Source: a virus (Duplodnaviria > Caudoviricetes). From it: a stretch of DNA of 59,692 nucleotides. The notes beneath the pieces are model-generated. The model searched no databases and was not told the origin of the DNA. It saw only the letters and a list, made by a program, of their open reading frames with translations. This document shows, one piece after another, positions 8,576 to 16,330 of the stretch (position 1 is its first letter; the number at the start of each line of letters is the position of its first letter). The stretch is taken from IMG/VR virus record IMGVR_UViG_3300042453_002905, positions 1 through 59,692 of that record; one strand, given 5' to 3'. A program made the position numbers and the translations under genes.

Positions 8576-9440
8576 CCTCGCTCCCGTCGAGCCAGAACGC
8601 GATGTAGCGACAGCCGGGGTTCAGAAACATCTGCCAGCCGGCGTCGTGCATTCGCTTGTGGTGCGGGACGTGTTCACAGTCCTCGCCGGAATACCCGCCA
8701 GCCAGATATGCCCGCGTGTAGTAGACGCACAAGCCCCCGAAGGCCGAATTCATCGGCATCGGCCGCGAGCCGACGGGGGGGAGGAACATCGAGAACCAGC
8801 CCATGCCGATCTTGTGCCGGAGGTCATCCCACCAGCAGAGAGGCCGCGCAGCCCACGCATCGTAGTGAGCCACGCGAGGCGTGCCCTTGTCGTTGACCAT
8901 CCAGAGTGAGTAGCTCGCCATCCCTCCGGCCGAGAGGCCGCTGCACCGTAGCGACTCGCTCGCCAGGCACCCGATCGAGTTGAAAACGCCGTCCACGTCG
9001 AAGCCACCGTGGGGATCAAGGTCGAGCACGATCGTCCACGTTGTCTCTGAGGCGTGCTGCCGCACCCACTCTAGGCAGATGTTCCTGGCCCTCGCCAGCC
9101 GCTCCGTTCGCGACTTCTCAAACCCGCGGGTGTCTTCGACTCCAAGAAAATCATGCTGCACCGAGAGCCACGGGTTTCTCTGGGCGAATGCGTCGAGCAC
9201 CTGCGGCGTCGGGTCGGCCGAATCGTTCTCATAGATGAAACCCTTGAAGCTCCTGAACGCCGGGGCCACCTGCTCGACGAGGGCAAGGGTGTTCACGAGA
9301 TGGGGGCAGGCATTCCGGGCGATTCCGACGATGCAGGCGTCGAGGTCTTTTGCTGTCTCGCGGCCGATGCGAACCATCGCGTCGTACCTTTCTTGGTACG
9401 ACGGGTCGACGGGCCAGGCTTCGTTGATGTCAGTGATCAC
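8568..9440 (-). CDS. Glycosyltransferase, GT-A fold (Cap59/GT69-like)
   Basis: YENDS.D.T, RLARARN, DLD (DxD), SAFGGL and CEHV motifs. Confidence 0.85.
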   Translation of the reverse strand: MITDINEAWPVDPSYQERYDAMVRIGRETAKDLDACIVGIARNACPHLVNTLALVEQVAPAFRSFKGFIYENDSADPTPQVLDAFAQRNPWLSVQHDFLGVEDTRGFEKSRTERLARARNICLEWVRQHASETTWTIVLDLDPHGGFDVDGVFNSIGCLASESLRCSGLSAGGMASYSLWMVNDKGTPRVAHYDAWAARPLCWWDDLRHKIGMGWFSMFLPPVGSRPMPMNSAFGGLCVYYTRAYLAGGYSGEDCEHVPHHKRMHDAGWQMFLNPGCRYIAFWLDGSEDA

Positions 9441-10057
9441 GTGCCCTCCGAGAAAATCCAGAAGTGCTGCGGATGAGCACCAGGAATCGGGTGCTTCATG
9501 ATCCGAATGTCATCGCGGCAGAGACGGCGCAACTGCTGCCCGACGGCTTCGGCTGTGTCGTGAACCTCGATCAAAAACTTCGTGGAGCGAAACCACTCCG
9601 GCGTCGCCCCGGCCAGCACCAAAGCCTCGGCCCCCTCCACGTCGATCTTGACGAAATCAATCGCCGTCGAGCCACCGCGGTCGCCGCAAATGAATCGCAG
9701 GAAGTCGAGCGGCAGCGTCGTGATACCGACTGTTTCGACAACCGGAGCGTCGGCCTGGCCGCCCGCTCCGATCGGATGATCTACCAGCAGCGACGACTGA
9801 AGGGGGTCCGGCCGGAGGTGGAAATCAGCGACGCCGTGGCGTTCGGAGGCCGCAACATTCAGGCAATGGACATTCTCCGGCACGTTCGCCTGGAGCGTCG
9901 CGAACGCCCGCGGGTCAGGCTCGACGGCCAGCACGAAATCGAACCAGTCGGCCATCCATCGCGTCCACTCGCCGCGATTGGCTCCGATGTCGATGGCAAC
10001 TCGACGCTCGCCGTCAATCGCTCGTTCCTGAAACTCTGCCAGCCACGACTCGCTCAT
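9437..10057 (-). CDS. FkbM-family SAM methyltransferase
   Basis: DIGANRG, AVEP and KIDVEGAE motifs. Confidence 0.9.
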   Translation of the reverse strand: MSESWLAEFQERAIDGERRVAIDIGANRGEWTRWMADWFDFVLAVEPDPRAFATLQANVPENVHCLNVAASERHGVADFHLRPDPLQSSLLVDHPIGAGGQADAPVVETVGITTLPLDFLRFICGDRGGSTAIDFVKIDVEGAEALVLAGATPEWFRSTKFLIEVHDTAEAVGQQLRRLCRDDIRIMKHPIPGAHPQHFWIFSEGT

Positions 10058-10353
10058 TGCATAGCCTCCAAAAACTCTTTGGCATCACCAGCCGAACAGA
10101 CGACCGCCACCGGGCAGCCGAAACCGATAAGTTCTCGATGCCGGTGCGTCTGAATTCGCGTCGGCTCCTCGCCAGGGCGCTTGACCTCCATCCAGGCGAC
10201 GCGGCCGTCCTTGATGCACAAGACGTCAGGCAGGCCGACGACGCTGCCGTAGCCACCGCCGTGGGTCTTCATCACCCACCATCCGGCGGCTTTCGCGGTT
10301 GCCATAACCTTGGCTACGATCGTTCGCTCTAGCGGAGCTTTGCGACCGGGCAT
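10054..10353 (-). CDS. VRR-NUC nuclease (Holliday junction resolvase-like)
   Basis: E...GLPD...EVK.P...Q pattern. Confidence 0.9.
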   Translation of the reverse strand: MPGRKAPLERTIVAKVMATAKAAGWWVMKTHGGGYGSVVGLPDVLCIKDGRVAWMEVKRPGEEPTRIQTHRHRELIGFGCPVAVVCSAGDAKEFLEAMQ

Positions 10354-10359
10354 TTGTCT

Positions 10360-10379
10360 ATTGTGACGGCGCGTCGCCT
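10360..10379 (-). promoter_or_regulatory. Late-type promoter AGGCGAC-N7-CACAAT, probably leaderless
   Basis: Same spacing as three other copies; -10 box ends 6 nt before the ATG. Confidence 0.6.
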
Positions 10380-11067
10380 ATATGTCTACCGCAGTTTCTT
10401 CAAACGCAGCGTAGCGTCCGTCGTAGGAGTATGCCGGCATCTTCCACCTGCTGCGCCGGCCGCCGACCGCACGCTTCTCGGCCTCACCTGCCGGCCAAGA
10501 ACGCCGCACCTCGGCGGCCCGTTCGGCAATCTGCTCAGGAGTCGGATCATCGGGATGAACCGGATCGGCTTTCTCTCGTTTCGGCAATTTGTGTGCCTTC
10601 GCGAGCTTGTAGAGGTGCGACTGGCTGATGCCTCCCAGGCGTCGACAAATCTCGGCCACCGGCATGATCTCGGCCGGCTTGTGCCAGAGCCGAAACAGCG
10701 AGGGAATGTCGACGACGATCAAGTCGTTTCCCCGAGGGCGTCCGACACGCTCGCGATCGGGGAGCCTGAATCGCGACTTGAGCAGCGATGCGGTGCTTGG
10801 GCTGATGCGAAAATGCTGTGCTATCGCCTTTGTCGGCATCGTTGCCGGCGACATCTCCCAGAGGCGTCGAAACTCCGACTCGCTCACGTCGACCTTAATA
10901 CGGCCACGAAGCGGCGACAGTCGCCGCCGTGGCGGCAGCCCGAGACTTTGCCGCATCTCATGGACTTTCGACTCGCCGCACCGCAGCCGCTTCGCGATCT
11001 CGCACGTCGGCATCTCGATACGGTCACGGCTCCACAACTCAATCAGCATCTGCTCATCAGCACGCAT
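10378..11067 (-). CDS. Triple HTH-repeat protein (GcrA-HTH-like), candidate transcription regulator
   Basis: Three repeats of LW...MP...I.......S......(LG)LP.R; AAGGGAG RBS. Confidence 0.65.
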   Translation of the reverse strand: MRADEQMLIELWSRDRIEMPTCEIAKRLRCGESKVHEMRQSLGLPPRRRLSPLRGRIKVDVSESEFRRLWEMSPATMPTKAIAQHFRISPSTASLLKSRFRLPDRERVGRPRGNDLIVVDIPSLFRLWHKPAEIMPVAEICRRLGGISQSHLYKLAKAHKLPKREKADPVHPDDPTPEQIAERAAEVRRSWPAGEAEKRAVGGRRSRWKMPAYSYDGRYAAFEETAVDI

Positions 11068-11281
11068 TGTCAGCACTCCCTTCTTTCGGCAGCCGGCGTC
11101 GGTGGCACATGACACACATTTCCGCAGCCCCGAGCAATCGTTCCAGTTCCTCGATCCTGTCCGCCGCCTCCAGTAGGGCGGCTTTCTGCACGTCCTGCGT
11201 GTAGACGCAGGACTTAATTCGCTCGACTAAGTCGGTGCCGGCGTGGTAGCCGGCCACCTCACGAAGTTTTCTTGCGTCCAC
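11057..11281 (-). CDS. Hypothetical protein
   Basis: GTG start; LLEAADRIEELE motif common in phages. Confidence 0.6.
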   Translation of the reverse strand: MDARKLREVAGYHAGTDLVERIKSCVYTQDVQKAALLEAADRIEELERLLGAAEMCVMCHRRRLPKEGSADNAC

Positions 11282-11672
11282 GCTTGACTGCCTTCTTCGA
11301 TGTGGGCGTCGTCTCAGTGACAACCGGCTCTGGTGGCGCGGTGACGTCAGGCGTCGCGGCGTAGGCAAACAGCTTCGTCACGTCGACGTCGACGGCGACG
11401 GCCGTAGGCGTATCGCTGAAAACATCAACGACCTGCACCTGCTTCGCGAGGTCGCAGTGCTTAATGTCTGCAATGTGGGCGCGGGCCTCCTCGATCGTGT
11501 CGAAGCGTCGCGGGCTGTCGTAGCTCATCGCCACGGCCTCGCCGATATCAAGGACTTTCGTCGTCCACGGCCACGAGCAGTCCCACCGCCAGACGAAGCC
11601 GTAGCGGCTCGACTGCACCTGAAACCACACGTCTCCGTTGCCGTCCTGCATTTGGCAGACTCGATAACGCAT
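11259..11672 (-). CDS. Hypothetical protein
   Basis: TGATG coupling; GGAGAAGG RBS. Confidence 0.7.
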   Translation of the reverse strand: MRYRVCQMQDGNGDVWFQVQSSRYGFVWRWDCSWPWTTKVLDIGEAVAMSYDSPRRFDTIEEARAHIADIKHCDLAKQVQVVDVFSDTPTAVAVDVDVTKLFAYAATPDVTAPPEPVVTETTPTSKKAVKRGRKKTS

Positions 11673-11836
11673 CAGCCTTCTCCCCGTGGGTACTTTTCCT
11701 CAAACTCTTCAATAATTCGACGCATCGAACCCGTCTGGATCGCCCTGGCACACAGGTGCGCCGTGGCTCGGTAGCCGCAGATGCCGCCGCACGCAAAGCC
11801 GCCGATGAACCAGAGGATGCACAGCAGCAAAGTCAC
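11672..11836 (-). CDS. Small membrane protein (MTLLLCILWFIGGFACGG...)
   Basis: Not in the ORF track. GTGA overlap, GAGGAGG RBS, 54 aa. Confidence 0.6.
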   Translation of the reverse strand: MTLLLCILWFIGGFACGGICGYRATAHLCARAIQTGSMRRIIEEFEEKYPRGEG

Positions 11837-12069
11837 TTCTTCGCCTCCTCGTTCAAAAAACCCGTGGTAAACCGCGCCAACTCTTTGCTGAACACTTGGA
11901 TCGACTCAGCGAGCATGAACGTCGCCATCGCAAGCCCGTCGGCTCCGGCCTCCCGTGCGATCTTGCCATTCGCCTCGGCTAGGTCAGCGACGGTGCGAAG
12001 GGTCTTCATCATCACGAGGAGCCGCTGCAAGATGTCGGTGCGTTCTTCCGGGGTCACGATTGTCGCCAC
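11833..12069 (-). CDS. Hypothetical protein
   Basis: GTG after AAGGAGG. Confidence 0.65.
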   Translation of the reverse strand: MATIVTPEERTDILQRLLVMMKTLRTVADLAEANGKIAREAGADGLAMATFMLAESIQVFSKELARFTTGFLNEEAKK

Positions 12070-12491
12070 GACTGGCCCTCCTTGACGTACAGCGTCGGGT
12101 GGTAGCCGGCGGCGCGGGCGACGAGGAGCATGTGCGGATGAAACACCGCGACGGCGTGAGCCGCCTCCTCGTAGAGGTAATCGACGCCAAGAGCGGTCGC
12201 CGCCAGCCGGGAGACGCCGCGGCCACGGTAGTCCTCGTGGACGAACGACTCCAAGGTGTCCCAAGTGATGCCTGTCTCGTGATCCAGCCACTTCTCGGTT
12301 CTCGCCCAGCCGATTAGCCGGCCGTGGTCGCGCACCGTCGCGATCCAGAGTTCGTCGGCCGCGAAGCCGTCGCCGCGGATGATCCAGCCGAGCATCCGAT
12401 GGAAATCGCTGCCACGCTTGGTTAGGTGGCCTCGAAGATAGAGGAGGTCGCGCTCTTCGAGGTCGGCGAGGTGGAGGGTGCGGGTGATCAC
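12054..12491 (-). CDS. GNAT-family acetyltransferase
   Basis: FVHEDYRGRGV acetyl-CoA binding motif. Confidence 0.75.
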   Translation of the reverse strand: MITRTLHLADLEERDLLYLRGHLTKRGSDFHRMLGWIIRGDGFAADELWIATVRDHGRLIGWARTEKWLDHETGITWDTLESFVHEDYRGRGVSRLAATALGVDYLYEEAAHAVAVFHPHMLLVARAAGYHPTLYVKEGQSWRQS

Positions 12492-12949
12492 TTAGTCACC
12501 CTCCAAATCCTTGAACCCAACTCACTCATCGGCCGCAGCTTGTCTCGTGGAATGAACCGCGACGGGATGCCGTGACCTAGATCGCGAACCTCCGCTCGTT
12601 CGACCTGACTCTTCCACACCCAGCCAACGAGCGTGGCGTGGTCGCCGTGGTTGTCGGCGAGAACGTAGATGTCGGCGGCCACCGGCTTGTCCTGTCGGTG
12701 GATCAGATTCCTCCCAGCCTCCGCGGTCTTCACGTCGACCGTGTAGAGCAGCGGGATCACGAAATCGACGCCACCGTCGCCTTCGTGGCGGTCGAACGAG
12801 AAGTCAGGGCAGACACCACTGAAGTCGCCGAACGCGACCTCACCGAGCAGGCCGATGTCGTCGCAATTGCCGACGATCGCCCGATGCTTCTCGTGCCGGT
12901 CGTTGTGCGACTCGGTGCGCTTCGCGGCGAGGATTGAGATGACGTTCAC
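12488..12949 (-). CDS. PD-(D/E)xK nuclease-like protein
   Basis: G.LGE...DGGVDF...VDVKT pattern. Confidence 0.65.
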   Translation of the reverse strand: MNVISILAAKRTESHNDRHEKHRAIVGNCDDIGLLGEVAFGDFSGVCPDFSFDRHEGDGGVDFVIPLLYTVDVKTAEAGRNLIHRQDKPVAADIYVLADNHGDHATLVGWVWKSQVERAEVRDLGHGIPSRFIPRDKLRPMSELGSRIWRVTK

Positions 12950-13332
12950 TTCGACGCTTCCCATGTGTAGACCGCTTCTTTTGCGTCATCTCGCTGCTCC
13001 CGAAACAGCCGCTCGACGATCTCTGCCTTGTCGAGCTTCTCGACGAGTGCTTCCAGTGCCGTGGCGATGCGGTCGAGTGAGTCAGTCGTCACCTCGGCCT
13101 GCGACTTCTCTGGCCGGCTGCGTTCAGGCTGCGAAAGATGCTCGCGAATGTGGCTTTCGGCTTGCTCCTTGTTAACCAGCCACCGGCCGCTCGTCGAATG
13201 CTGGAAGCCGTCGACATCGCCGTCAGAAATGGCCTGGCGAAGCAGCTTGTATTGCGGCGAGTGCGCCGCCTTCTTGTCCCGCTGCGGGTAATCGAAATCA
13301 GCAAGACTGACATAGCCTGGAATCGTCGTCAC
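12946..13332 (-). CDS. Hypothetical protein flanked by a 37-nt direct repeat
   Basis: GTGA coupling; ends KEAVYTWEASK. Confidence 0.7.
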   Translation of the reverse strand: MTTIPGYVSLADFDYPQRDKKAAHSPQYKLLRQAISDGDVDGFQHSTSGRWLVNKEQAESHIREHLSQPERSRPEKSQAEVTTDSLDRIATALEALVEKLDKAEIVERLFREQRDDAKEAVYTWEASK

Positions 13333-13523
13333 TTTGTCACCTCCCATGTGTAAACAGCCTCTTTTCCTTCCTTGCGATAGCCAGTGAGTCGGTAGTGGCC
13401 GCCACGCAACCTCACGAACAGCTTGATCTGGTCGAACGGCATCGAGCACCAGTTGAGGCCATCCATCGGCCCGCCGAGAAAAATGGGCGTTTGGAAGTAC
13501 GCCGGCTTATCTCTGGCCTTCAC
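13329..13523 (-). CDS. Hypothetical protein (FLGGPMDG motif)
   Basis: GGAGG RBS, GTGA coupling; ends KEAVYTWEVTK. Confidence 0.7.
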   Translation of the reverse strand: MKARDKPAYFQTPIFLGGPMDGLNWCSMPFDQIKLFVRLRGGHYRLTGYRKEGKEAVYTWEVTK

Positions 13524-13804
13524 GTTGCCGACGCCTCCATGCGTACACACTCCTCCTCGTGACGCCACGAGAACATTGCGAAGCGATAAAACTGACGCAT
13601 CTCCGGCGTGAAGAACTCCTCGCCTCGCGTCCCCATTGCGTCGAAGAGCATGAACCAGTCCGACGTGTTCATATCGTCGAACCGCTGGTCGCGAACCAGC
13701 CTGACCGTCGTCGAATAGTCGCGACGAGAGATGCCGTCCTCTCGACAATACTCGCGGATGGCTGTGATGGCCGCTTCGATCAGCGTTTTCTTGAATATCT
13801 TCAT
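13520..13804 (-). CDS. Hypothetical protein
   Basis: AGGGA RBS; tiles the operon. Confidence 0.7.
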   Translation of the reverse strand: MKIFKKTLIEAAITAIREYCREDGISRRDYSTTVRLVRDQRFDDMNTSDWFMLFDAMGTRGEEFFTPEMRQFYRFAMFSWRHEEECVRMEASAT

Positions 13805-13881
13805 TGGTCAGTCCCTGGTCATGTACGGAATCAAACTGAGATAAAAACACCCACCCGCGATCACGAGGAGCGTGGCGATGT

Positions 13882-14070
13882 TCAGCCAGGCGTGGAGAGC
13901 GTCGTGCATGTGCCTTCCTCCTTGGGCTGAAGCTCGTTGCGAACGATCGCCACATTCGGCGGCGCTTTGATCGCGAGCCTGACGTTGCCGTCCACGATCC
14001 GCGTGACCATGACTTCGATGTCAGGGCCGATCCGAACCTTCTCGCCGCGGCGGCGGGTGATGACAAGCAT
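13882..14070 (-). CDS. csrA: Carbon storage regulator CsrA/RsmA homolog
   Basis: MLVITRRRGEKVRIG...VRLAIKAP..VAIVRNEL; RNA-binding R6 and R44 at the same positions as in E. coli CsrA. Confidence 0.93.
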   Translation of the reverse strand: MLVITRRRGEKVRIGPDIEVMVTRIVDGNVRLAIKAPPNVAIVRNELQPKEEGTCTTLSTPG

Positions 14071-14072
14071 TG

Positions 14073-14086
14073 CTGAGTCCTTTCAG
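14073..14086 (-). promoter_or_regulatory. GGA-loop hairpin CTGA-AAGGAC-TCAG over the csrA RBS (possible autoregulation)
   Basis: 4-bp stem with an ANGGAN loop, 2 nt before the ATG. Confidence 0.5.
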
Positions 14087-14107
14087 GCAGTTGTGTCGGT
14101 GCGTAGT

Positions 14108-14596
14108 TTAACGAGCGTTCGCGTTGGAGGCAAGCCAAGTTTTCGAGGCTTCTCGGACGGCGTCGATGCCGCACTTTTCAGCGGCCCATTTGATGTAGTC
14201 GACTCTGCCTGTTGCGGCGACCTCGTCGAGCGTCATGCCGACGAAGGTGTCCCGCACGCCTTGCGGCAGCCGGAACACGGCATCCTCGACGATCTCAGGC
14301 TCCTCCTCCTGCTCGATCGCGTCGACCCACTGGCCTGTCCCGCAGAAGCAGCACTCGATGTACCAGCGGCCTCTGGCCTTCTCCCAAATGTCGTGGCACT
14401 CGGCCTGGCACGTTTCGTCGAGGCACCGACAGGTGTTGTCGATCGTGCCTAAAGACTTCGGAATAGCTGCCTCCGACGTCTGCGGCCGATGCGTGAACGC
14501 AGGTTCCTCCGCGAGCGCCGGAGCCTCTTTTCGACGGCCCTTGGCCTTCTTCTTCTGCGGCTCCTCCGTCGGCGAGATGTCGAACAGCAGGCTCAT
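14108..14596 (-). CDS. Zinc-ribbon protein with DUF3820-like C-terminus
   Basis: Cys pairs; F.GMTL.EV....DYIKW motif. Confidence 0.6.
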   Translation of the reverse strand: MSLLFDISPTEEPQKKKAKGRRKEAPALAEEPAFTHRPQTSEAAIPKSLGTIDNTCRCLDETCQAECHDIWEKARGRWYIECCFCGTGQWVDAIEQEEEPEIVEDAVFRLPQGVRDTFVGMTLDEVAATGRVDYIKWAAEKCGIDAVREASKTWLASNANAR

Positions 14597-16230
14597 AGCG
14601 GCAGCCTCATCTTGTAGTCAGCACCTTGCTCCGTGGCGACGATCAGCTTCTTGCGTGCCCTCGTGACGCCGACGTACTCGATGCGCCGCTCCTCGTCGTG
14701 CTGGGCAGAGTCGATGCCTTGGGCCTCGTGGATGCGACGACTGATCGTCGTCGACAGCACGACCGTGTCGGCCTCCATCCCCTTCGCGGCGTGGATCGTG
14801 CCGACCCTAATGGCTGGACGTGTCGCCAATTCTGGGCCGTATTTTTCGGCGGCTCGACGCCAGCGGGCCGCGCCGTGGAACAGATCGCCCCATCCACCCT
14901 TTCGCAGTTTTTCGGCGAACTCAGGCTTCATGCCAGTATCTTCCAAGTCTGCCGGAAACACGACCTCCCACCGCTGGAGCGTATCATCACGCCCCCAGGC
15001 GGCCTTCGTGCCCTTGACCATGTTCCCGGTCGCCGGCAGGAGATCAACCGCCGCCGCGAAGTCCTCGGACGCCGCTGGGTTCCCGTGCTCGATATCCCAG
15101 AGGGCGTTTGCTGCCCGCAGAAACTTCGTATTGTCCTTGGCCTTGAGTTTCGCGAACGGCAGCCGCTTCTTCGCCAGCACCGCCTCCCAAATTTCGGCGG
15201 TGTAGTTGCAGCGGGCGATCACGAGTGTCTGGTCGGTCGCCGACAACCCGGCCGCGACCGTTTCGGCGTACCCGCCGCGAATGACCTCGCCCTCATGGTC
15301 GGCCGGCGAGATGCCTCGATCCCAGTAACCCTCCCGCATTCGCTTTAGGCATGATTCGCCAAGCTGAAGCACCGGAGCCGGGCATCGCCACGTTTTCGGC
15401 ATGATCCTTTGCTTGTGGACGTCCCATGCCATGAAAAGCCGCGAATCCGACCCGCCGAAGCCGAAGATGCTCTGCATCGGGTCGCCGGCCAGGTACACCC
15501 ACTTCACGTTCTCGCCGGCAGCCAGCCGCCGGCAGCACAGATCGACCAGCGGCGAGGCGTCTTGCTGCTCGTCCATCACCCATGCCTTCACACTCGGCGG
15601 CAACTCACCCTCTGGGTCTGTCTGCTCGAACCCCTCCGGCACGAACCGAATCCCCCCGAACCTCGCCAGAAGGTCGGTGAAATCGCAGCGGCGCTCCAGA
15701 CGCTTCGCCGACTCGTACTTCTCGATGTATTGCTTGCAGGCCGCGTAGGAGGGCATAGAATCGCCCAGGCGGGCCGCTCGCCGAATAGTCGACTCCAGAG
15801 GCTCCATCCTTGATCTGGCCTGCTCCCAGGCGTTCAAGGCCGCTGCGGCCGACTTCTCGCCCGTAAACCTCGCGTAGCCGCTGTCCTCGTCGATGATCGT
15901 CCTCACGTTGACGCCGAGAGCGTTGGCGATCCACTCGGCCGACCCCTTGGTGTCGTCGAGCAATTCCCCTTTCTTGACGCCAAGCTGCCTGTAGGCGATC
16001 GAGTGGACGGTTTTGAACCAACCATCTTTCGCCAGCACCTCCGGCGGCACGTTCCAGTTGGCACTAGCCCGCTCGACGGCCTCGGCACGGGCGGCGCGGG
16101 TGAAACTCGTGAACCCGATCGCAAAAGGGCTGCCACCGAGCTTTCCCTTCGCCGTGTCGATGACTCCCATGAGTTCGGTTGTTTTGCCGGTTCCGGCCCC
16201 GCCGACTAGCCGTGCTTTGATTGATTCCAT
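14593..16230 (-). CDS. UvrD/REP superfamily 1 helicase
   Basis: GGAGTGKT, DEQQD, AGDPMQSIFGF, TIHAAKGMEAD and YVGVTRAR motifs. Confidence 0.92.
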   Translation of the reverse strand: MESIKARLVGGAGTGKTTELMGVIDTAKGKLGGSPFAIGFTSFTRAARAEAVERASANWNVPPEVLAKDGWFKTVHSIAYRQLGVKKGELLDDTKGSAEWIANALGVNVRTIIDEDSGYARFTGEKSAAAALNAWEQARSRMEPLESTIRRAARLGDSMPSYAACKQYIEKYESAKRLERRCDFTDLLARFGGIRFVPEGFEQTDPEGELPPSVKAWVMDEQQDASPLVDLCCRRLAAGENVKWVYLAGDPMQSIFGFGGSDSRLFMAWDVHKQRIMPKTWRCPAPVLQLGESCLKRMREGYWDRGISPADHEGEVIRGGYAETVAAGLSATDQTLVIARCNYTAEIWEAVLAKKRLPFAKLKAKDNTKFLRAANALWDIEHGNPAASEDFAAAVDLLPATGNMVKGTKAAWGRDDTLQRWEVVFPADLEDTGMKPEFAEKLRKGGWGDLFHGAARWRRAAEKYGPELATRPAIRVGTIHAAKGMEADTVVLSTTISRRIHEAQGIDSAQHDEERRIEYVGVTRARKKLIVATEQGADYKMRLPL

Positions 16231-16330
16231 GTTTTCGACCAACTTTCCAAGGGGGGTGAAAAAACTTGGTAGACGTAAAGGGCTGTCACTCAATGACTTG
16301 CATCAAAAAAACCAACTTTCCACAAATCCA
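16231..16330. other. AT-rich intergenic region with repeated ACCAACTTTCCA; candidate replication origin
   Basis: 12-mer at 16238 and 16311; lies between primase and helicase. Confidence 0.4.
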
